Shown here one piece after another: positions 26,950 through 34,168 of a DNA stretch of 34,168 bases. Positions within the stretch are counted from its first letter, which is position 1. Every line of letters begins with the position of its first letter. The position numbers and the translations under genes are program-made. Origin of the DNA: an uncultured Chloroflexia bacterium (GTDB taxonomy: Bacteria; Chloroflexota; Limnocylindria; Limnocylindrales; CSP1-4); the NCBI GenBank assembly GCA_963720755.1, contig CAVRGP010000012.1:1-34168 (forward strand). The letters run 5' to 3'. The notes below the pieces were generated by a model. That model made no database searches, was not told where the DNA came from, and saw nothing but the letters and a program-made list of their open reading frames with translations.

Positions 26950-27804
26950 ATGTTCGACGACCTCGGTTGGGACGGCCAGCAGGAGGCTCCGGTCGACCCG
27001 GAGCCTCCGGTCGTACCGGAGCCTGTCGCCGAGTCGGAGGCTTCGGCCGACTCGGAGCCGTTCCGCTATCCACCGACGTGTCCGTATCTCGGACTCCCCG
27101 ATGATGCCCGAACCCATTTCTCGTTTGCCGACCCGGCCCACCGCTGCCACGTCAAGGCGAAGCTCGTCCCGATCGACCTGGGCCACCAGGGGTCCTTCTG
27201 CCTGACGCCCCAGTTCCCCGCCTGCAAGCGGTACGTCCCCCCGAAGGCGATCGGCGCGGCGGGCGGCTCGGCGCCGGTCCCCGTTGCCACCTCTGACCCG
27301 CCTGCCGCCGCGCCGGTCGCACCGGTCGCGCCCGTGACGACCGCGACGAAAGGCGCCTGGATGCCGCCGACCGACCCGGGCAAGGGCAGGGGAGTGGGTC
27401 GGCCCGCGGCCCTGGTGGCCGTCCTGGTCGTGCTGGCGCTCGTTGCACTCATCGGCGCGGGATCCTTCACCGATCTCGTGGGCGGCTCGGCTGCGACCGG
27501 AACACCCGAGAGCAGCGTGGAGGTATCGACGCCGCCATCGGCGTCGATCCAGCCCACGGTGTCGACGCCGACCGAGGCGCCGACGGTCGCGCCGACTCAG
27601 GCCCCGGCATCGGAGGCGGCCGCGACATCCGCACCTACGCCGGAGGCGACGGCGACGATCTATGTCGTCGCGCGCGGTGACAGCCTCCTGTCGATCGCCG
27701 CCAGGTTCGGCGTCACGGTGAAGGCGATCCGGAAGGCGAACAACATCACCGACCCGAACCTCATCGTGGTCGGACAGAAGCTGGTGATCCCACTGCCCCG
27801 CTGA
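26950..27804 (+). CDS. Membrane protein: Cys/His-rich N-terminal domain, TM, Pro/Thr linker, LysM
   Basis: CPYLG..HRCH..HQ..FCL..FPACKRY, one TM, and C-terminal YVVARGDSLLSIAARFGV..NNITDPNLIVVGQKLVIP. Confidence 0.88.
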   Translation: MFDDLGWDGQQEAPVDPEPPVVPEPVAESEASADSEPFRYPPTCPYLGLPDDARTHFSFADPAHRCHVKAKLVPIDLGHQGSFCLTPQFPACKRYVPPKAIGAAGGSAPVPVATSDPPAAAPVAPVAPVTTATKGAWMPPTDPGKGRGVGRPAALVAVLVVLALVALIGAGSFTDLVGGSAATGTPESSVEVSTPPSASIQPTVSTPTEAPTVAPTQAPASEAAATSAPTPEATATIYVVARGDSLLSIAARFGVTVKAIRKANNITDPNLIVVGQKLVIPLPR

Positions 27805-27901
27805 CTCACCGGCCTTGTGGCCGGGTGTACGATGGCTCCGCGGAAGGTCTCGGCGTTCTTGACGGGGTCCCGCGAGATCCGTGTGTAACGGAGGGCGCCC
27901 A

Positions 27902-28423
27902 GTGACTCGTCGCAGCAGAATGTTTGCCGGACTCGCAGGTGCGGCTCTGGCCATCGTCATGGCGGCGACGGCCCTCGGCTATGCCGGCCAGGTCCTCGGG
28001 ACGATCACCGTCGCCGGGCCGGGCGGGACCCTCAAGTGCCACACCAACATCACGGTGACGGCAACGCTCCTGGACGTCGGCGGGAAGCCGTTCACTGGCG
28101 AGACCGTCAAGTGGAAGTTCACGTCCACGCCGTCCAGCGCAGACAAGATCAACAAGACGCCCACCACGACGAACAGCGCCGGCGTGACGAAGACCACGGT
28201 CTACCTCGCGTGCGTCGCCGGAAACCGGAAGATCACGGCCACGAGTGCGGGCATGAGCGCCGGCGCGGTCCTGAGCCTCACGGCCGCCGGGTTGCCGCGA
28301 ACGGACACCCTGCCCGGCACTGACCCCGCTGGAGACTTCTCGCTCGGGACGCTCCTGGCTCTGTTGGCGGTCCTCGCCGGTGGCGGCATCATGATCCGCA
28401 GGATCGCGACCAGCCCACGCTGA
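27902..28423 (+). CDS. Secreted Ig-like protein with sortase-type sorting signal (LPRTD-TM-RR)
   Basis: GGAGG RBS plus GTG, signal peptide, Big_1-like strands (ITVTATLLD..G..F.G..V.W..TNSAGV), LPRTD at 28292-28306, hydrophobic helix and RR tail. Confidence 0.8.
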   Translation: MTRRSRMFAGLAGAALAIVMAATALGYAGQVLGTITVAGPGGTLKCHTNITVTATLLDVGGKPFTGETVKWKFTSTPSSADKINKTPTTTNSAGVTKTTVYLACVAGNRKITATSAGMSAGAVLSLTAAGLPRTDTLPGTDPAGDFSLGTLLALLAVLAGGGIMIRRIATSPR

Positions 28424-28456
28424 TCCTCTTCCGCTGAACGCTCGGGATCGCCCAGG

Positions 28457-28478
28457 AACGCGCCCGCCAGGGCGCGTT
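28457..28478 (+). terminator. Hairpin after the sortase-substrate gene
   Basis: AACGCGCCC-gcca-GGGCGCGTT followed by TCC. Confidence 0.55.
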
Positions 28479-28514
28479 TCCGCGTCTGTCACGCGTTCCG
28501 GGTAGTCTCCGCGC

Positions 28515-29225
28515 ATGAGCGAACCGTCCGGCCGCCGCCGTCGCCGCAGGTCGGGCGACCCGGGTTCGTCAAGCTGGACGACGGGCAGGCGACGAGCCTT
28601 CCTGGCGATCGGCGTGGTCGCCGCCATCGTCCTCGCTGCCGCTGGACTGTCGATCGCGCTCGGTGGCGGGGGCGTCACCCCGTCGCAGGTCGCTGATGCT
28701 TCGCCCAGTTCAGGCACGCCCGCCTCCAGCCAGGCGACCTTCAGTTTCCCCCCAGTCGGCTCGCCCATAGCGACGAGCCCCAGCCCGAGCCAGGACGCCA
28801 CCCCCGTCTCGACACCCAGCCCGGTTCCCGGCAAGGCGATCAGGGCGAACCGGATCCAGATCGATCGGCTCGGCATCGACCTCAAGATCGTCGAGGGTGA
28901 CGGCATCGATGCGCCGATGGGCAAGGCCGCGCACTATCCGGGGACCGGCTGGCCCGGCGGCGGGACGAACATCTACATCTACGGCCACGCCCAGACCGGG
29001 ATGTTCCTCTCGCTCTGGGACGTGAAGGTCGGCGACGTCGTCGTGCTGACCCTCGTCGATGGCTCGCAGCGGTCGTACACGGTCGCAAAGATCATCCCCA
29101 AGGCTCCATGGGACGCGATCCAGTACCTCGACCCGACGCCGAAGGAGCAGCTCACCCTCCAGACGTCGACGTCGTACCACCCGACCTCGCCCCGCTTCGT
29201 CGTCATCGCCTTCCCGACCCCGTGA
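28515..29225 (+). CDS. Sortase-family protein with Ser at the catalytic Cys position
   Basis: N-terminal TM, Ser/Pro linker, RIQI..LGID..IVEG, HYPGT..PG..N..IYGH, F..L..VKVGD, LTLQTS and conserved R in PRFVV. Confidence 0.88.
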   Translation: MSEPSGRRRRRRSGDPGSSSWTTGRRRAFLAIGVVAAIVLAAAGLSIALGGGGVTPSQVADASPSSGTPASSQATFSFPPVGSPIATSPSPSQDATPVSTPSPVPGKAIRANRIQIDRLGIDLKIVEGDGIDAPMGKAAHYPGTGWPGGGTNIYIYGHAQTGMFLSLWDVKVGDVVVLTLVDGSQRSYTVAKIIPKAPWDAIQYLDPTPKEQLTLQTSTSYHPTSPRFVVIAFPTP

Positions 29226-31308
29226 CCGAGTCCCCGAACGACCCGGAGCCGCCCCAGACCGAGGTGGCGTCGCCACCGACCGCCGTGTCGCCACCGACCG
29301 GCGCGGCCTCGACCGACGGCCCCCATCGCCATCGCCGACGCCGCCGGACGAGCCACCGCCGCCGGAACATCCTGGCGGGGACCGGGCTGGCGTTGCTGGT
29401 CCTCGTCGTCGCGGGCGGCCTGCTGGCGGCCCTCCGCTACCTCCCGGCGCTGGACGATGCGAAGGCGCTCCGGACCGATCTCGAAGCGATGGCGTCCCGG
29501 GCGCAGGCCGCCGGTCTCGCGATCGATCAGCCGACGCTGGACGGACTCGATGCGGACCTGACCGCCGCCCGGGGCCGCCTCGATCGGTTGGCCGGCCTGC
29601 TCGCCGACGACCCGCTCGTTGCCGTCGCGCGCGTCTTCCCGCCCACCTCCGCCAACGTGCAGGGCGCCGATGCCGTCGTCGCGGCCGCCACGGACCTGTT
29701 CGATGCGGCCGAGCAGGGCCTCGCCATCGGGGGTCGATTCGTCGCGATCAAGGAGGCGCAGGCGGCCGATCCGGCGACGGCCTCCGCCCTGTCCCAACTC
29801 GTCGAGCTGATGGCCACCTCACGGGACCAGGCCGTGGCCGCGCAGGCGGCCCTGGCCCGGGCCCAGGAGACGCTGGCGACCATCCCGGATGGGCTGGTCG
29901 GTCCCGTGGGCGGCGCGCGCGACGCGATGATCGAGCGGGTCGACAAGTACGGCCCGCTGCTCGACTCGTACGTCACGGCCAGCGCCCGCCTGCCGGCGAT
30001 CCTCGGCTGGGACGCCCCGCGCCGGTATCTCGTCCTGACCCAGAACCCGGCGGAGCTGCGGCCGACCGGCGGCTACATCGGCAGCTACGGGATCATCGCC
30101 TTCGACAAGGGCCGGATCACGGAGCGGACCTTCCGGGACATCTTCCTGCTGGATCTTCCCTGGGACTACCCGTTCATCACGCCACCCACGGAGCTCGCGG
30201 ACTACCTGCTCGGCCCCACCCAGCCCTGGCAACTGGCGGACGCGAACTGGTCGCCGGACTTCCCGACGAGCGCGCAGGACGCCGTCCGGCTGTACGCGAA
30301 TGAGTCCGGCGACACGAAGATCGATGGGGTCCTCGGGATCACGACCTACACGATCGATGCGCTGCTCAAGGTGACCGGTCCGGTCACCGTTCCGGACTAC
30401 GAGGTGACGATCGCGTCGGGGGAGACGACCCTCAAGACCCTCCAGCTCACCCGCGTCGCGCAGGATCCGGCCGACAACCGCAAGGCGTTCCTGTCGGCGT
30501 TCGCGGACCAGCTGTTCGGCACGCTGCTCAGCCTCCCTCCGGCGAAATGGGGCGACCTCCTCGGCGAGGCGAGCACGTTCCAGTCGCAGCGGCTGCTCCT
30601 CGCCTGGTTCAAGGATGCCGCCGACGAATCGCTGGTGACGCAGGGTGGGTTCGGCGGCGAGGTCCGTCAGGACGAGGGCGACTATCTCTACCCCGTCGAT
30701 TCGAACGTGGCACCTGCCTCCAAGATCAACGCGATCGCGACACGCTCGCTCAAGCTGGACGTCGAGATCGACGACTCGGCAACGCCCGGGACACCCTCGA
30801 CGTGACCTGGCAGAACCCGATCGATACCGCGATCGGCAAGCCGTACCGCGAGCTGCCGACCCTGGAGAACCTCAGGATCCTGGGGATGTATTTCCGGGCC
30901 CTGACACCGGATCGGAGCCGGGTGGAGTCCGTGTCGGGCGGCAGCTTCGTGCAGCTCACCTCGCCGGCCGAGGTGGGCGTGGAGGCCGGCCGGACCGTCA
31001 TCGGCGCATACATGGCCGTGCCCCCCGGTCAGGCCAGCCTCCGGTACAGCTGGACCAGCCCGTATGCCGCCGACGCCGACGAGACCGGCGGCGTCTACCG
31101 GCTGACGATCCAGAAACAGCCCGGCCTCCTGCCCGGCCCGCTGTCCCTCACGATCCGCGTTCCGGAGGGCTTCCGGATCACGAACGCGAGTGATGGCCTG
31201 ACGGTCACCGGGCGGACCGCGACCCTCGACACGACGTTCACCCAGGACATCGAGCTGGGTCTCAGCTACGCACCAACGACGGCTCCGACACCGACCGCGC
31301 CGCAGTAG
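29222..31308 (+). CDS. DUF4012 domain protein (apparent 1-nt frameshift near 30775)
   Basis: GTGA coupling to the sortase stop, TM, long helical region and YLVLTQNPAELRPTGG..DANWSPDFPTSA motifs. The C-terminal part (Y.LTIQKQPG) is in the next frame. Confidence 0.82.
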
Positions 31309-31311
31309 CGT

Positions 31312-31350
31312 CGGCCGCAACGCGGCCGCCGCCGCCACCGCGGCTATACT
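31312..31350 (+). promoter_or_regulatory. Hairpin (31312-31328) followed by -10 element TATACT (31345-31350) for polysaccharide genes
   Basis: CGGCCGC-aac-GCGGCCG; TATACT about 45 nt before GTG 31396. Confidence 0.5.
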
Positions 31351-31395
31351 CGGGCCGACGAACCCGCCAACCGGAACAAGGGGACCCGACCGCTC

Positions 31396-33020
31396 GTGGA
31401 GCTTCGCCAGCAGTTCAACGTGATGCGCTCCTGGTTCTGGCTCATCGTCGCGGCCATCCTGCTGGCCGGCGGTACGGCCTTCCTGGTGTCCAGTGCCCTG
31501 CCCAAGTCGTACGAAAGCACCGCGACGCTGATCGTCGGCCAGAGCATCCAGTCGGCGAACCCGGACTACAACCAGCTCCTGACCAGCCAGCGGTTGTCGC
31601 AGACCTACGCGGACCTCGCGACGACGACGCCGCTCCTCGAATCGGTCATCGAGCAGAACGGCCTGACCGTGACGCCCGATGAGTTCCGCAACTTCGTCTC
31701 GGCCGATGCGCCGCGCGACTCCACCCTCGTCCATCTCACGGTCAAGGACGGCGACCCGGTGCAGGCGGCGACCCTCGCGAACTCGCTTGCGGCGGAGATG
31801 ATCGCGGCCTCACCGGCGATCGCGGGGCGCGACTCGAGTGTCCAGCAATTCATCGATGCGGACCTGGCCGCCATCCAGGCCCAGATCGAGAGCACCCAGG
31901 CGGAGATCACCCGGCTCACCAACCTGCCGGCTCGCACCGCGGCGGAGGAGCTCCAGCTGCAGGCGCTCCAAGGCCGGATCGTGACGCTCCGGCAGACGTA
32001 TGCGACCACCCTCGGCTTCTCCAGCAGCAACGGCGCGAACCTGCTGACCGTCGTGAACCCAGCCACCCCGCCGGAGGCTGCCGCATCGCCGAGGGTCCTG
32101 CTCAATACGATGCTCGCCGCGCTTGGTCGGGCTGCTCCTGGCGCTCGGTTTCGTGTTCGTCCTGGAGCATCTCGACGACACGGTCAAGTCCAACGCCGAT
32201 GTCGAGGCGGTCACCGGCCTGCCGACGCTCGGGACGATCGTCAAGATGCGCGCCAACAAGGGCCAGAAGGAGATCTACCGGCTCGCGACCATCCTGTACC
32301 CGAGGGCGCCGGCGGCCGAGGCGTATCGGACCCTCCGGTCCAACGTGGAATTCGCCGCCGTGGACGCGCCGGTCAAGACGCTGCTCGTCACCAGCTCCAT
32401 CCCCGGCGAAGGCAAGACGACGACCGCGGCCAACCTTGCGGTCGTGTTCGCGCAGGATGGCCGCCGGACGATCCTGGTCGACGCGGACTTCCGCAAGCCC
32501 GGCGTCCACAAGATCTTCGACCTCCCGAACGCCGAGGGGCTGTCCAGCCTCCTGCGGACGGACGACGTCGAGATGGACCACGTCGCCCAGGCCACGGAGC
32601 AGGAGAACCTGCGGGTGATCACGACGGGACCGCTCCCGCCCAATCCGTCCGAACTGCTCGGGTCGCAACGCATGCGCCTGATCCTGGAGCGGCTTGTCAG
32701 CTCGTCGGACCTCGTCATCATCGATAGCCCGCCGCTCCAGGCCGTCACGGATGCGGCCATCCTCGCCGCGATTGCCGATGGCACGCTCTTCGTGATCGAC
32801 GCCGGCCGGACCCGCCGCGGCGCCGTCGAAAGCGGACGGGAGGCGCTGGCCAAGGCCGACGCCCGCACCCTCGGCGCGGCGCTCAACCGGATCCCGGAGC
32901 GGTCCAACGGCGGCTACGTCTACTACGACTACTACGGCGGCTATGGCGCCGGAGCGGCGAGATGGCTCGGCTGCCAAGGGCCAATCTGCGCAGGCTCCGT
33001 ACGCCGAAAAGCCAGGGTGA
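31396..33020 (+). CDS. Polysaccharide co-polymerase / BY tyrosine autokinase (Wzc/CpsCD-like), apparent frameshifts near 32123 and 32958
   Basis: Wzz N-domain (PKSYESTATLIV), TM2, AEAYRTLRSN, PGEGKTT, LVDAD, IIDSPP and Tyr cluster YVYYDYYGGY. Likely stop TGA 33018-33020. Confidence 0.85.
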
Positions 33021-34168
33021 CGGTCACGCGCGAGCCGGGCACCCGCCGGCGGGTCCTGATCATCGGGATCAACTATCGCCCGGAGTTGACCGGGATCGGA
33101 CCGTATACCGCGGGACTCGCGGAGGCGCTTGTGTCGAGGGGTGACGACGTCACCGTGCTGACCGGGCTGCCGCATTATCCGGCCTGGCGGCATCGCCCGT
33201 CGGCACGCCGCGAACGCTCCTTCGTCGCGAGACGATCTGCGGGGCGTCGACATCATCCGCGCGGCGCACTACGTTCCGACGAACGCAGTCGGCGCATCCG
33301 CCGGGCGCTCTACGAAGGGACGTTCGGGCTCACCGGCCTGCTCGCCGGCATCGGTCTGTCGCGTCCTGATGCGATCCTGGGCATCGTCCCGAGCCTGTCC
33401 GGCGGGGTGCTGGCTCGACTCATCGGGCAGCGGACTGGGAGCGCCCTACGGGCTGCTCTTCCAGGACCTGATGGGTCGTGCCGCGAGCCAGTCCGGGATG
33501 GTCGGCGGGAGTGCGCGTCGCGCGCGTGACCACCACGTGCCGAGGCGTGGGTGTCGCAGCCACGCGACGCGCGATCGGCGTCGTCGCTGAGGCATTCACG
33601 CCGTATCTCGTGTCGCTCGGCGTCTCGGCCAGAAGGATCACCCACGTCCCGAATTGGACTCGTCCGATGGCGCCGACGATGACCGTGCCGGAGACACGCG
33701 CCCGGTTCGGCTGGATGGATGGCGAGCAGGTCGTCCTGCACGCCGGCAACATCGGGCTGAAGCAAGGGCTTGAGCAGGTCATCGAGGCGGCGCGGATCGC
33801 CGCAGATCGAGACGAACCCATTCGGTTCGTCCTGTCCGGCGGTGGGAGCCAGGCCACGGCGATCCAGGCCGCGGCTAGCGGGCTCCCCAACGTGGACTTC
33901 CTCGGTGTCCAGCCGGATGGGATGCATGCCAGCCTGCTGGCCGCGGCGGATGTGCTCCTCCTGTCCGAGCGTGCGACCCAGATCGACATGAGCCTTCCCA
34001 GCAAGCTCACCGCCTACTTCGCCGCGGGCCGGCCGATCGTCGCGGCGGTCCCGATCGGCGGAGGGTCCGCGAACGAAGTGCGCCGCTCAGGAGCCGGTCT
34101 CGTCGTCCCGGCGGGCGAGCCGGAGCGGTTGCTCGAGGCCATCGAACGCCTCCGGACGGAGCCGATGC
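33017..34168 (+). CDS. GT4 glycosyltransferase, WcaI-like (multiple frameshifts, truncated by window end)
   Basis: IIGINYRPELTGIGPYT, GLPHYPAW, FQDL, PNW, HAGNIGLKQGL and SLPSKLTAYFAAGRPI, distributed over several frames. Confidence 0.85.

Noticed and set aside
32123-33529. Apparent tyrosine kinase-glycosyltransferase fusion ORF (468 aa)
   Set aside because: An alternative frame after the Tyr cluster reads DGSAAKGQSAQAPYAEKPG-stop, with TGA overlapping the GT GTG start (33017-33020). A single indel explains the fusion.

Overview
High-GC bacterial chromosomal DNA with about 28 genes. I found no rRNA, tRNA, CRISPR array or mobile element. The gene mix (F420-type LLM oxidoreductase, sortase, DUF4012, NarL-type two-component system, many leaderless starts) suggests a monoderm Chloroflexota- or Actinobacteria-like host; this taxonomy is inference. 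In order, the window holds: an SDR/ackA/phosphoketolase operon; an FtsX-type ABC exporter divergent from a histidine kinase, response regulator and lipoprotein; a LysR regulator divergent from a small Cys/His ORF and a long ICL2-type isocitrate lyase; an ABC-2 pair; a sulfite-oxidase-like molybdoenzyme; tryptophanase, cupin and LLM genes; a heptad-repeat helical protein; a Pro/Thr stalk lipoprotein; an S51-like peptidase with a CysRS-type tail; an alpha/beta hydrolase; and HtrA. It ends in a cell-surface locus: Cys/His-domain LysM protein, an Ig-like protein with an LPRTD sorting signal, a sortase, DUF4012, a Wzc-like kinase and a WcaI-like glycosyltransferase. The best novelty candidate is that locus. 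Its sortase has Ser in place of the catalytic Cys (TLQTS, no Cys anywhere in the protein), sits beside a substrate with LPxTD instead of LPxTG, and is translationally coupled to an LCP-like DUF4012 protein upstream of polysaccharide genes. Several single-base frameshifts (LysR, PT-lipoprotein, DUF4012, Wzc, GT) look like long-read indel errors.
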